A stretch of DNA of 64,000 nucleotides, taken from positions 2,048,001 through 2,112,000 of the forward strand of contig OY968769.1 of the NCBI GenBank assembly GCA_963695345.1, written 5' to 3'. Origin of the DNA: an uncultured Methanomassiliicoccales archaeon. Lineage in GTDB: Archaea > Thermoplasmatota > Thermoplasmata > Methanomassiliicoccales > UBA472. A program made the translations under genes and the position numbers. The notes under the pieces are model-generated. The model was not told the origin of the DNA, did not search any database, and was given only the letters and a program-made list of their open reading frames with translations. Below, one piece after another: positions 9,069 to 19,505 of the stretch (position 1 is its first letter; the number at the start of each line of letters is the position of its first letter).

Positions 9069-9557
9069 TCAACGCTTCAGGATTTCCACGAACGCAACCT
9101 TCTCGAGAACAATATCCGCGAACCGCTCTTCCGGGACCGCGCTGAGATCACAATCATCGATGCCGAACGCCACCGCCTTCTCCCTCGACGGCAGGAGGAC
9201 CAGGTCGTCCCTGGTCAACCCGAGGCGGCTGAGCACCTCCGCCGGATCGTCGCAATCGAACAGAACGAGGGCAAAACGCCTCACGCCGTCCTTGACCCCC
9301 ATCTTCTCCTTGGCCCTGGAAATCTGGCGCTCTCCGGAGGAGAAGAGCATGGTCTCCATGGACATGGTGGAAGAGGAGTTGGAGCCCTGCTCCATGGCCC
9401 TCTCGGCATGGGCCGCCGCCGCTTCCAGGTGGGTCCTGCCGCAGACCATGTCCGCGTCCATCGGAAGCACTTCACAAGGCAGTGACTGGACCTTCTGAAT
9501 GAAGTCGGAGGCGCAGCATGCTTCCCCCTTTGCACCCAGTATGATGACCGAGCTCAT
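9069..9557 (-). CDS. cgi121: KEOPS complex subunit Cgi121
   Basis: DADMVCGRTHL..A..HA, METMLFSSGERQISRA...GVK, VLEKVA motifs. Confidence 0.85.
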   Translation of the reverse strand: MSSVIILGAKGEACCASDFIQKVQSLPCEVLPMDADMVCGRTHLEAAAAHAERAMEQGSNSSSTMSMETMLFSSGERQISRAKEKMGVKDGVRRFALVLFDCDDPAEVLSRLGLTRDDLVLLPSREKAVAFGIDDCDLSAVPEERFADIVLEKVAFVEILKR

Positions 9558-9732
9558 GTCCGGTCCAACGGCGGGAGCGTATATATTGTTTTTTCCGGGA
9601 CCTTCCAATGGCCAGCCTGGTCCGTCCAGAACATATTCCGAAGTACCTTCAATATCTAGAAAGCATTATTAGGGCAAACGGGTTTTGTGGGCTCGTCTAG
9701 TTCATCGATATGTGAGATGGAGCGCACCTAAA

Positions 9733-10674
9733 ATGTCACTTAACAAGGTCGTGGTAAGATCTCCGGCAACCATAGCGAACCTTGGTCCGGGCTTCGATGT
9801 GTTCGGGATAGCTCTCAAGGAGCCGGCTGATCTGATCGAGGTTCGTCGGACCAGCGAGCGGGGCGTCCGGGTGGAGAAGATCGAGGGCATCGGAGCGCAC
9901 GGCGTGACCATCGACAATTCCCGGAACACCGCCGCGGTCGCCGCCCAGAAAGTGTTGGAGATGGGCAATGCGGATTTCGGTCTCAGGATGAGCATCAAGA
10001 AGGGCATCCGTCCGGCGAGCGGGATGGGTTCCTCGGGAGCTTCCGCGGCCGGCGGGGCCTATGCCGCGAACCTCATGCTAGAAACGCCCTTCCCGGTGGA
10101 GAAACTGGTCTACTCCGCCGCCCTGGGAGAGGAGGCGTCGTCCGGCAGCCGCCACGCCGACAACGCCGGGCCGGCATTGCTGGGAGGCTTCACCATCATC
10201 CGTTCGTATGAGCCGATGGAGATCGTCCGGGTCAACCCGCCGGCGAACCTCGGCATCGTCGCCATGCTCCCATCGTTCGCTGTCCCCACCCGGGAGGCGA
10301 GGAAGGTCCTGCCGAAGACCATCGACCTGAAGAGCCTGATATTCCAGGTCGGCCATGCCGCCTCCCTGGTGGCTGGAATGGCTAACAAGGACGTTAACCT
10401 GATCGCCCGCAGCATGAAGGACGCAGTGGTCGAACCTGCCCGTACGCCGATGGTCCCGCACCTGAAGGGGGCCGAGGAAGCGGCGATGAAGGGAGGCGCC
10501 CTGGCATCGTTCCTGGGCGGGTCCGGTCCCTGCATCGGCGCCATCTTTGACCTTAACGTGATCGACGGCATCGAGATCGCCCATTCGGTCCAGTCATTCT
10601 TTGAGAACCACGGCATCGACTGTCTGTCCTGGGTCACCACCTGGGGAGAGGGTTGCAGGCGGGTATCGGAATGA
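9733..10674 (+). CDS. thrB: Homoserine kinase
   Basis: PATIANLGPGFD, GHMP motif PASGMGSSGAS, HADN. Confidence 0.95.
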   Translation: MSLNKVVVRSPATIANLGPGFDVFGIALKEPADLIEVRRTSERGVRVEKIEGIGAHGVTIDNSRNTAAVAAQKVLEMGNADFGLRMSIKKGIRPASGMGSSGASAAGGAYAANLMLETPFPVEKLVYSAALGEEASSGSRHADNAGPALLGGFTIIRSYEPMEIVRVNPPANLGIVAMLPSFAVPTREARKVLPKTIDLKSLIFQVGHAASLVAGMANKDVNLIARSMKDAVVEPARTPMVPHLKGAEEAAMKGGALASFLGGSGPCIGAIFDLNVIDGIEIAHSVQSFFENHGIDCLSWVTTWGEGCRRVSE

Positions 10675-11891
10675 GCTACACGGTCAAGTGCTTCGAGTGC
10701 GGCAGACCCATCACCGACAACTTCGCCGACGCCTGTCCGCATTGCGGCGGTCTCCTGACCGTCGAGATGGACCTGGAACGGCTTTCCAATCTTACCCCGG
10801 CGGACCTGAGGAAGCGGCCGATAGGGGTCTGGCGCTATGCCCCGCTGCTGCCCGTATGCGAGGCCAAGGCGGTGACCCTGAAGGAAGGGGGCACCCCTCT
10901 CTACGACTGCGGCGCCATGGCCGCCAAGGCCAAGCTCAAGAAGGTGTACGTCAAGTTCGAAGGGGCCAACCCGACCGGCTCCTTCAAGGACCGCGGTATG
11001 ACCGTCGGGGTCACCCGGGCGGTCGAGCTCGGCTGTAAGGTGGTGGGATGCGCTTCCACCGGCAACACCTCGGCGGCTCTGGCAGCCTACGCGGCGAAGG
11101 CTGGATTGGAGAGCGTCGTGCTCCTGCCCTCGGGAAAGGTGGCCGCCGGAAAGCTGGCCCAGGCCATGTTCTACGGGGCCAAGGTCATATCGGTGGACGG
11201 CAACTTCGATGACGCGCTCAACATCGTCAAGAAGCTGGCGGCGGAGGGGGAGCTGTACCTACTGAACTCGATCAACCCGTTCCGGCCCGAGGGGCAGAAG
11301 ACGGTGGCCTTCGAGATAATCGATCAGCTGGACTTTGAGCTGCCAGACCGGATCATACTGCCGGTGGGCAACGCCGCCAACATCTGGGCGGTCTACAAGG
11401 CGTTCGTTGAGTACCGGCAGCTGGGCTGGATCGACAGGATCCCCAAGCTGACCGGGGTCCAGGCGGCCGGTTCGGCCCCCATCGTGGACGCCTACAGGCA
11501 TGGCACGTCGGACTTCGTGCCCGAGGATCACCCGGAGACCATCGCCACGGCCATCCGCATCGGCAATCCAGCATCGGGAAGGAAAGCGCTGAAGGCGATC
11601 TACGACACCGGCGGCAGCGCCATCGACGTGACCGATGAGGAGATCCTCTCGGCACAGCGCATCCTCGGCCGGTCCGAGGGTATCGGTGTGGAACCGGCCA
11701 GCGCCGCCTCGATCGCCGGGATGCTCAAGCTCTCGGAGATGGGGGAGATAGACAGGGACGAGCGCGTCGTCTGCATCTGCACCGGTCACGTGCTGAAGGA
11801 CCCGGACACCATCATCAAGTCCTTCGGCAAGGTGCATCAGGCCAAGGCGGACCTGGCATCGGTCAAGGTATGCATCAGCGCGAAGGATTGA
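10671..11891 (+). CDS. thrC: Threonine synthase
   Basis: NPTGSFKDRG PLP lysine, CASTGNTS, PVGNAAN, EPASAA. Confidence 0.95.
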   Translation: MSYTVKCFECGRPITDNFADACPHCGGLLTVEMDLERLSNLTPADLRKRPIGVWRYAPLLPVCEAKAVTLKEGGTPLYDCGAMAAKAKLKKVYVKFEGANPTGSFKDRGMTVGVTRAVELGCKVVGCASTGNTSAALAAYAAKAGLESVVLLPSGKVAAGKLAQAMFYGAKVISVDGNFDDALNIVKKLAAEGELYLLNSINPFRPEGQKTVAFEIIDQLDFELPDRIILPVGNAANIWAVYKAFVEYRQLGWIDRIPKLTGVQAAGSAPIVDAYRHGTSDFVPEDHPETIATAIRIGNPASGRKALKAIYDTGGSAIDVTDEEILSAQRILGRSEGIGVEPASAASIAGMLKLSEMGEIDRDERVVCICTGHVLKDPDTIIKSFGKVHQAKADLASVKVCISAKD

Positions 11892-11988
11892 ATCGGCGAT
11901 TCACCCCTCGTGTCCAGTAATTTAATCTCCGGGACCGTAACAAAATCTATTAGCCTTAGGGGCGATACTCTGCACAATCGGGGTTTCC

Positions 11989-12693
11989 ATGGACCAGAGG
12001 CCGAGATACAGGACGCACGTTAATGGGCTGGACGAGAACATAGGCGGCGGCATCCCCGAAGGGAGCGTGGTGCTCATCTGCGGGACCGCGGGAACGATGA
12101 AATCGTCCTTTGCCTATTACATGCTCTACACGAACGCCCGGGACGACGCCGTTCCCGGCCTGTACATCTCGCTGGAGCAGTCCCGGGACAGCCTTCTGCG
12201 CCAGATGCGCGGCCTGGGATTCCACGGAAAGCTGAAGGCGAACCTGGACATCCTAGACCTCGGCGAACTGCGCATGAAGATGGAAGGATCGAACTGGCTC
12301 GACACCTTCAAGTACGCCATCGAGGAGACCCGCAAAAGGATGAAGTATGACCTTCTGGTCATTGATTCGCTCGGCGCATTGACGCTGATATCGGGGTTCG
12401 AACGTCCCCGGGAGGAGATATTCCGACTCTTCGAATGGCTGCGCTCCATGAACATCACCACCATGGTGATATCCGAGATGCCCGTGGGCAACTTCCAGTA
12501 CTACGGCGGGGAGGAGACCGACTTCCTTTCCGACGGGATCCTGCACCTGAGGATGGTGGATGTCGGGGAGACGGACGTTCAGAGGCGGCTGCGGTGCGTG
12601 AAGCTCCGGGAGACCGACCATTCAAGCAGTTACTATTCCTTCTATTACAAGGACTCCAGCTTCTTCATAACCCGGGCCATCAGCGACCTCTAG
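11989..12693 (+). CDS. KaiC/RAD55-family single-domain ATPase
   Basis: GGGIPEGS, Walker A GTAGTMKS, YISLEQ, LVIDS, DGIL, VKLRET. Confidence 0.85.
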   Translation: MDQRPRYRTHVNGLDENIGGGIPEGSVVLICGTAGTMKSSFAYYMLYTNARDDAVPGLYISLEQSRDSLLRQMRGLGFHGKLKANLDILDLGELRMKMEGSNWLDTFKYAIEETRKRMKYDLLVIDSLGALTLISGFERPREEIFRLFEWLRSMNITTMVISEMPVGNFQYYGGEETDFLSDGILHLRMVDVGETDVQRRLRCVKLRETDHSSSYYSFYYKDSSFFITRAISDL

Positions 12694-14906
12694 AAGTCCA
12701 GCAGGCTGCTCTGGCCCCGTTCCTTCCCTTTCTTCTTCGTTTCCGGTTCGTCCGGTTCATCGGCCTCTATCGGTTCCAAGGGCGCCTTCGTCGGTGCACC
12801 GACCTGCTTCTTGATGCTCGCCGCCAGAATGTCGCTGATCCCGATGACCTTGGAAATCCTTCCGGCATCGGCCTGGCGCAATGCCTCCAGTGTAGTGAAT
12901 CCCTTCTTGTACAGCGAACGGGCCCTGATCCTTCCCACTCCCTTGAGCTTGACCAGGTCCAGCAGTTCCGGCCTGACCCCGTAGGTAAGGCGGGTCATCA
13001 GTTCGGTCAAAGGCGGATAGGCATCCTTGTTGAAGATGTTGGACATCTCACGCATCGAGTATAGCAGCCAGCCTCCTATCTCGACCTTGTTACGGAGGTC
13101 CCCGGGTCCGATACCCAGCTTGTCCAGTATCTTGTCTTCCTCTATCTCCAGGGTCCAGTCCTCAAGGATGGTGGCGGTCTTCAGCTCAGCCAGGAAGAAC
13201 TCGTACTCGGTCTCGTCGTCCTCCGGCGGGTCGAAGATCAGTTCTCCCTCGCGTTTCATGACCAGGTCCTCAAGCCAATCCCTGTCGTTGCGTCTTATGA
13301 ACATGGTCTTCATGTCCGGTGTCGAGCAGACCGCATGGAACAGTCCGAACTCCTTCCCCGGCTTGTATCCCTCCAACGCCTGGCGCATGCGCACCGCGGA
13401 CATCGGGTCGATGTAGAGGTCGGAGACCCGGCGGCCAAAGAAGGTGGCCTTGATCGTCTGGTCCGGGCCGGTCTTGATCATGTCCTCCTTTTCCAGGAAC
13501 TCCAGGATGTTGTTGGCCGCCTCCTCGATGCCGACGATGTTGGCCTGGTGCGCGAAGAAGGTGGAGCCCAGGAAGTCCATCAGACCCTCCCAGCTGCTGG
13601 CGGTTCCGCTGGCGATGGTGGAAAGGACATGGCTTCTCATCACCGACTCGTTGCTGAGCTTGGAGATGACGTCCTCCGGCTCTCCCAGCAGATACGTGTC
13701 ACGAAGGAAGGTCAGCTCATCCTCCGATTTCGCCAGGAGGATCGCCTCCCCGTAGGGGTCATACCGGGGGCGGCCTGCCCTGCCGCACATCTGCTTGATC
13801 TCCATGACCGGTATCGGCACGTTCATCCCGTTGTCGAAACGATAGACGTCCCGGATCACCACCCGCCGGGCCGGCAGGTTGATCCCGGCAGCCAGTGTCG
13901 GTGTGGCCACTATACACTTGATCTTTCCTTTCTTGAACGATCCCTCCACCATCCGCCGCTGCTCGTTGGTCAGTCCGGCGTTGTGGAAGGCGATGCCCTT
14001 CTTGACGCAGGATTTCAGGGTGCGCCCCACCGAGGTGTGCTCCCCTTCCCCGTCGATCATCCTTTCCGTTTCCGGATCGAGCTCGACGCCTTCCGCCATA
14101 TCCTTCATGAATTTGGAGAACTTGACGGCCAGCGATTCGGTCGATTTGCGCGTGTTGACGAAGACGAGGGCCTGTCCCCCCTCCTTGATGGCATCCTTGA
14201 CCAGGCTCCAGACCGGGTCCTCCTCGAAGATGACCTTCCGGGTGCTGTTGTCGATGAACCTGACCGTCCCATCCAGATAGACCCCCTCCCTGAGCTTGAC
14301 CGGCCTCCAGCGGTTGGCGATGTGGACCGCGCCGAGCCACTCCGCCAGCTCCCGGGAGTTGTTGACCGTCGCCGAGAGGGCGATGATCTGAAGATCGGTA
14401 TTGAAGCGCTTGAACTTGGCCAGGGTGACCTCCAGTGTCGGTCCCCGGTCCGGATCGTTGATCAGATGGACCTCATCGGCAACGACCAGCGTCACTTCCC
14501 GGAGCCAGTCCGACTGGTGCCTGAGCAGCGAGTCGGCCTTCTCCGAGGTGGCGACGATGACGTCATAGGATTGTAGGCGGGAATCCGGTGAATCGAAGTC
14601 CCCCACCGAGATGCCGACCTTGACTCCGAGCGGCTCGAACTTCCTCAGGTCGTCGTACTTCTCCGTGGCCAGAGCTCTGAGCGGTACGATGTAGAGCACC
14701 TTTCCGTGACGTTCCAGGATGTGCTTCATCGCCGCCAGGTAAGCGATGAGCGATTTGCCTGAGGCGGTGGGAACGGCCAGCACAAGGTTCTTGCCTGCCA
14801 CGGCCACCGGAGCGGCCTCCGATTGTGGAGGATAGAGTTCGGTGATGCCATCCCTTTCCAGGATCTCGATGACCCCCGCGGGAAGATCTAGCTCCTTGAC
14901 GTGCAT
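12690..14906 (-). CDS. hel308: Ski2-like DNA helicase Hel308
   Basis: LYPPQ, PTASGKS, DEVH, SAT, AAGINLPA, QMCGRAGRP and C-terminal HhH. Confidence 0.95.
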   Translation of the reverse strand: MHVKELDLPAGVIEILERDGITELYPPQSEAAPVAVAGKNLVLAVPTASGKSLIAYLAAMKHILERHGKVLYIVPLRALATEKYDDLRKFEPLGVKVGISVGDFDSPDSRLQSYDVIVATSEKADSLLRHQSDWLREVTLVVADEVHLINDPDRGPTLEVTLAKFKRFNTDLQIIALSATVNNSRELAEWLGAVHIANRWRPVKLREGVYLDGTVRFIDNSTRKVIFEEDPVWSLVKDAIKEGGQALVFVNTRKSTESLAVKFSKFMKDMAEGVELDPETERMIDGEGEHTSVGRTLKSCVKKGIAFHNAGLTNEQRRMVEGSFKKGKIKCIVATPTLAAGINLPARRVVIRDVYRFDNGMNVPIPVMEIKQMCGRAGRPRYDPYGEAILLAKSEDELTFLRDTYLLGEPEDVISKLSNESVMRSHVLSTIASGTASSWEGLMDFLGSTFFAHQANIVGIEEAANNILEFLEKEDMIKTGPDQTIKATFFGRRVSDLYIDPMSAVRMRQALEGYKPGKEFGLFHAVCSTPDMKTMFIRRNDRDWLEDLVMKREGELIFDPPEDDETEYEFFLAELKTATILEDWTLEIEEDKILDKLGIGPGDLRNKVEIGGWLLYSMREMSNIFNKDAYPPLTELMTRLTYGVRPELLDLVKLKGVGRIRARSLYKKGFTTLEALRQADAGRISKVIGISDILAASIKKQVGAPTKAPLEPIEADEPDEPETKKKGKERGQSSLLDF

Positions 14907-15130
14907 GCTACAAACCGGTCTCCTTGGCCTCCCTTTTCGCAAGGGATGCCGGGCATAAAGCGTTGTCGATTGGAGGATTCGTCCAAGAAATCCGGGTTCC
15001 CTGGTACTTTTCGAAATGGTCCGTCAGAACCCCGATAAAATTGTACTGGATAGTGTCAATATCTGAATATTTTTTCAAATAGCCTTATATAGCAGCGCTG
15101 TTATGGGATGAATTTAGAAGCCGGTGTAGT

Positions 15131-17098
15131 ATGGTTGAAGAGAACCCAAAAGAAATAGCGAATCTTCCCGACGCAGAGACGTGGATAGAGACGCAGGATT
15201 TCACTACCACAGCGGACATCAAGGTCCCGGACAAGCTAGCCGACCAGGTAATCGGTCAAGAGGCAGCTGTAGAAGTGGTCAAGAAGGCCGCCGAGCAGAA
15301 GCGCCACGTGATGCTGATCGGAGAGCCAGGTACCGGGAAGTCGATGCTCGCCAAATCCATGACGGAGTATCTGCCCAAGAGCGAGCTCCAGGATGTTGTG
15401 GCATATCATAATCCAGACGATTCAAACGAGCCGAAGATCCGGGTGATCCCGGCCGGCAAGGGAAGAGAGATCGTCGCAGCCCAGAAACGCGAGGCCATGC
15501 AGCGCAAGCAGCAGAAGACCTCCATGGTCACGATAATGGTCTTCATGATCGTGGCGCTGACGTTGGTATTATACATAGCCAGCGGGATGCGGGACACGAA
15601 CATAGTACTGATCGGGATCATTGCGGCGGCGATCATTTTCTTCGCGATGCGCTACTCGGGCACCAGGCAGGAGAGCTATATGGTGCCCAAGCTGCTCATC
15701 ACCCATGACGATAAGGACACGGCACCGTTCATCGATGCCACCGGAGCCCACGCAGGTTCGCTGCTGGGGGACGTCAAGCACGATCCCTTCCAAAGCGGTG
15801 GCCTGGAGACCCCGGCCCACGAGAGGCTGGAGGTCGGTGCGATCCACAAGGCGTCCAAGGGCGTCCTGTTCATCGACGAGATCAACATGCTGAGGATGGA
15901 GTCCCAGCAGTCCCTACTCACCGCGTTGCAGGAGGGCAAGTTCTCCATCACCGGTCAGAGCGAGCGCTCTTCCGGAGCGATGGTGAAGAGCGAGGCCGTT
16001 CCCTGCGACTTCATCCTGGTATGCGCAGGCAACATGGATGCCATACAGGGCATGCACCCGGCGCTCAGGTCCAGGATACGCGGTTACGGTTACGAGGTGT
16101 ACATGCGCTCCACGATGGACGACACCGAGGAGAACCGCAAGAAGCTCGTCCGGTTCGTGGCCCAGGAAGTGGCCAAGGACAAGAAGATCCCGCACTTCGA
16201 CAAGAAGGCGGTAGCCGAGATCATCAAGGAGGCTCAGCGCCGCGCCGGCAGGCGGGGCCAGCTCACCCTCAGGCTGAGGGAGCTGGGCGGACTGATCCGG
16301 GTCTCCGGGGACATCGCCCGGGAAGAGAACAAGCCGGTGGTCACCCAGCAGCACGTGTTCGCGGCCAAGCGGATCGCCCGCAGCCTCGAGCAGCAGATCG
16401 TCGACCGCTACATCCAGGCGAGGAAGGACTACAAGAGCTTCAACGTCGAGGGTGACCTGGTCGGGGTAGTCAACGGTCTGGCGGCGCTGAACTCCGGCTC
16501 GAGCATGACCGAGCTGTCCGGCGTGGTACTGCCGATCGTGGCAGAGGTGACCCCGGCGCAGATCAAGAACGCCGGCAAGATCATCGCCACCGGCAAGCTC
16601 GGGGAGATCGCCAAGGAAGCGGTGGAGAATGTCTCAGCCCTGATCAAGAAGTACACCGGCGAGGACATCTACAACCACGACGTCCACATACAGTTCATCG
16701 GAACGTATGAGGGGGTCGAGGGCGACAGCGCGTCCATATCGGTGGCTACCGCGGTCATATCGGCCTTGGAAGAGGTCCCGGTGGACCAGACGGTGGCCAT
16801 GACCGGCAGCCTCAGCGTGCGTGGGCAGGTGCTCCCGGTCGGTGGAGTGACCGCCAAGATCGAGGCGGCGGCAGAGTCAGGGATCAAGCGGGTTCTCATC
16901 CCGCGCGCCAACATGAACGACATCGTGCTCGAGGAGCGCTACGTTGGGAAGATCGAGATCATCCCGGTGACGAACATGGGCGAGGTCCTGAAGTACGCGT
17001 TGGTCGGCGGCGTCAAGAAGGAAAGCCTGCTGAAGAAGCTGGCCGAGCTTCTGGAGCACAGTGCACCGGTCATCGCGGCGAAGCCGAACCTGCTCTAA
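15131..17098 (+). CDS. lonB: Membrane-anchored ATP-dependent protease LonB
   Basis: GEPGTGKS, two TM helices inside the AAA domain, LFIDE, VEGDSAS (Ser), GGVTAK (Lys). Confidence 0.95.
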   Translation: MVEENPKEIANLPDAETWIETQDFTTTADIKVPDKLADQVIGQEAAVEVVKKAAEQKRHVMLIGEPGTGKSMLAKSMTEYLPKSELQDVVAYHNPDDSNEPKIRVIPAGKGREIVAAQKREAMQRKQQKTSMVTIMVFMIVALTLVLYIASGMRDTNIVLIGIIAAAIIFFAMRYSGTRQESYMVPKLLITHDDKDTAPFIDATGAHAGSLLGDVKHDPFQSGGLETPAHERLEVGAIHKASKGVLFIDEINMLRMESQQSLLTALQEGKFSITGQSERSSGAMVKSEAVPCDFILVCAGNMDAIQGMHPALRSRIRGYGYEVYMRSTMDDTEENRKKLVRFVAQEVAKDKKIPHFDKKAVAEIIKEAQRRAGRRGQLTLRLRELGGLIRVSGDIAREENKPVVTQQHVFAAKRIARSLEQQIVDRYIQARKDYKSFNVEGDLVGVVNGLAALNSGSSMTELSGVVLPIVAEVTPAQIKNAGKIIATGKLGEIAKEAVENVSALIKKYTGEDIYNHDVHIQFIGTYEGVEGDSASISVATAVISALEEVPVDQTVAMTGSLSVRGQVLPVGGVTAKIEAAAESGIKRVLIPRANMNDIVLEERYVGKIEIIPVTNMGEVLKYALVGGVKKESLLKKLAELLEHSAPVIAAKPNLL

Positions 17099-17270
17099 AC
17101 CCCAATAGACCAAACCCATTCCATTCCTTTTCTTTCTGGATCTGCTCAGCAGGCCACGATCGGTCTCATTCCGTTGCGGAGATGGTCCGAAAGCCGAGAT
17201 TGAACCATGAGAACGCCCGCTCCGGTCGTTTTACCGATTTCATTTAATCCATATCCACCATTGGTCGGTC

Positions 17271-17609
17271 ATGGCAAAGGTAAGTCGTGTCCTCCGGGTC
17301 TTTCGTCTTCTGGTCGATAATTATGATGCCCAGGTCCATTATGGCCCGGGCGAGACTGGAGAGAAGACGACGAACCTGATCATCACATTGACCGCATACG
17401 GACAGACGATGAGCTTCAACCGGGGCAAGGAATTCCAGCTGTTCTGCGTCGGACGTACCCGGGAAGAATTCGGAGAGGTCCTCACCCCGGCGAACATGAA
17501 CATGCTATACCAGCAGCTGGAAGGGATCGCGAAGGAACACCGGCCTTACAGGCCGCATCAATCCTGTTGCGGCTGCGATGACGGCTCTTTGGAAATGGAA
17601 GATGAGTGA
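17271..17609 (+). CDS. Hypothetical protein with C-terminal HxxCCGC cluster
   Basis: 112-aa ORF filling an intergenic gap with ordinary codon usage, ATG start and an AT-rich element upstream. Confidence 0.6.
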   Translation: MAKVSRVLRVFRLLVDNYDAQVHYGPGETGEKTTNLIITLTAYGQTMSFNRGKEFQLFCVGRTREEFGEVLTPANMNMLYQQLEGIAKEHRPYRPHQSCCGCDDGSLEMEDE

Positions 17610-17685
17610 ATCCCAATATGGTATTTTGGAAAAACGAACATGGGCCCCTATGGGGGCCAGTCCTGACTTCTAAAAGGTTAATGGC

Positions 17686-18231
17686 CTAGAGGAGCACGGC
17701 GAACTGATTTCCCAGGCTGTCGGGGACGGTGAACTTCATGCTCAGTACCTGCCCCATCTCCGGGATCAGCTTGACGATGACCTCGTCGTCGGCCGGTATG
17801 TCGAGGCCTGGGATGGTCAGCATCAGAAGCTCTCCCTTCTGGACTACGGTATCATCGGTTCCCGCGTAGGTGACCGTGGTGAAGAGGTGGGTGTTGTTCT
17901 CGAACAGGTAAGGGGTCTCACCATATTGCGTGGTCACGAAAATAACGATCTTGGTGAGATCTATCGGGTTGCTTCCAGGGGACAGTTTCATCATGAACTG
18001 CAGTTCTGAGAGGTTATTGACCGTATATCGTCCGGTAGCGTCCACGACCATGAGGCCGTCGCAGAGGTTCCTGACAGTATCTTCAGCCACCGCGGCTGCC
18101 TGGTCGCCGGTGTTGTTTACCGTGCCAAGTATCACGGAGCCTGCCGCTCCGGTGGTCAGTATTGAGGCGATGACGATCATCATCGATCCGGTCGCCATTG
18201 CCCCCCTCTTGTTATAAGACGCTTTCGTCAT
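17686..18231 (-). CDS. Divergent archaellin-like (type IV pilin class) protein
   Basis: Class III signal KRG|AMATGSMMIVIASIL...VIL, plus LSPGSNPIDL and KLIPEMG motifs typical of archaellins. Confidence 0.75.
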   Translation of the reverse strand: MTKASYNKRGAMATGSMMIVIASILTTGAAGSVILGTVNNTGDQAAAVAEDTVRNLCDGLMVVDATGRYTVNNLSELQFMMKLSPGSNPIDLTKIVIFVTTQYGETPYLFENNTHLFTTVTYAGTDDTVVQKGELLMLTIPGLDIPADDEVIVKLIPEMGQVLSMKFTVPDSLGNQFAVLL

Positions 18232-18398
18232 GATTATCACGTTCGGATTTAAGAGATATAATCTATTCGCCTTAATTGAAGTATTATTATCATTATTGAT
18301 AATCATTGTGGATTAATTGACTTATCAAGTTTTTCAACTCAGAATGACATCCTGGAAAGTATTTTCCGGTCACCATTCTTATATCTCATCTACCATTA

Positions 18399-18961
18399 AT
18401 GACGTTGATCAGAAAATGGAGTACATCGGAGCATTTCTCGAGTTGCCTGCTGATAGGGCGGTTCCAACCATTCCACAAAGGACACTTTGAAGTGGTGCGG
18501 TCAATCGCCAAGAAATGCGACTCGTTGATCATAGGCATCGGCAGCGCGCAATATTCGCACACCTACGACAATCCGTTCACCGCCGGGGAGAGGCATCTGA
18601 TGATCTCCCGGGCATTGAAGGAAGAGGAATTGGGGGAGTATTTCCTGGTGCCGATCGTGGACATCAATCGCTATTCCGTGTGGGTATCCCACGTGGTCTC
18701 GCTCGTGCCGCCATTCGAGGTGGTGTTCACCAACAACAATCTCACCCGCAGACTGTTCTCGGAAGCGGAGTATCAGGTCAGGGACTCACCGATGTTCAAC
18801 CGGGAAACCTACTCGGGAACCGAGATAAGGAGAAGGATGTCCGAGGGGGATGACTGGAGGGACCTTGTGCCCAATGCCGTGGCCAAGGTGATCGACGAGA
18901 TCGACGGGGTCAACCGCATAAGGGACCTGACCCCCCGGACAAGGACGAAGGTGGAAGATGA
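18399..18961 (+). CDS. nadM: Nicotinamide-nucleotide adenylyltransferase (3' end uncertain, probable indel in a C6 run about 18931)
   Basis: IGRFQPFHKGH, GSAQ, NPFTAGER, SGTEIR, W..LVP. Confidence 0.9.
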
Positions 18962-19426
18962 CTCTGGCGCAGGAATCTTGGGAATAAGGCCAAGGGCAGG
19001 GGGGTTACCATATCCCTGGCGGAATCGATCACCGGCGGTCTCTGCAGTGACCTGATCACCAATGTCCCCGGTTCGTCGGGCTATTTCCTCGGCGCCGTTA
19101 TCTGCTATAGCAATAGTTCCAAGGTCGAGCTCCTGGGGGTCAAGGAGGCGACCATCGCCTATCAGGGGGCGGTAAGCGAACAATGCGCCCTGGAGATGGC
19201 CGTAGGTGTCAGGAACCGTTTCCATTCGAACCTCGGCGTCTCGGTGACGGGCATTGCTGGTCCGGGGGGCGAGAGGCCGGGAAAGCCGGTCGGTCTGGTA
19301 TACTTTGGCGTCGATGACGGGGATAACATCTGGACGGAGAGGATGCTGTTCGAAGGCGATCGTGAGGCGATCAAACGGTCCGCGGCCGAGCACTTGATCG
19401 GACTGATCATCAAAGCGCTAGGCTGA
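18958..19426 (+). CDS. CinA C-terminal / NMN deamidase (PncC), apparent +1 frameshift about 18976
   Basis: Removing one base gives MTLAQELGNKAKGRGVTISLAESITGG...VPGSSGYFLG...YSN..K...GAVSE..A..MA...SVTGIAGPGG...KPVGLV...GDR. Confidence 0.85.
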
Positions 19427-19505
19427 GCGGTCAGAACGGCGACCCTAATAATAACCCCAACATTTTTAATCAGAGTACCCACATAATGGTTCAGGATGGA
19501 AGGGT

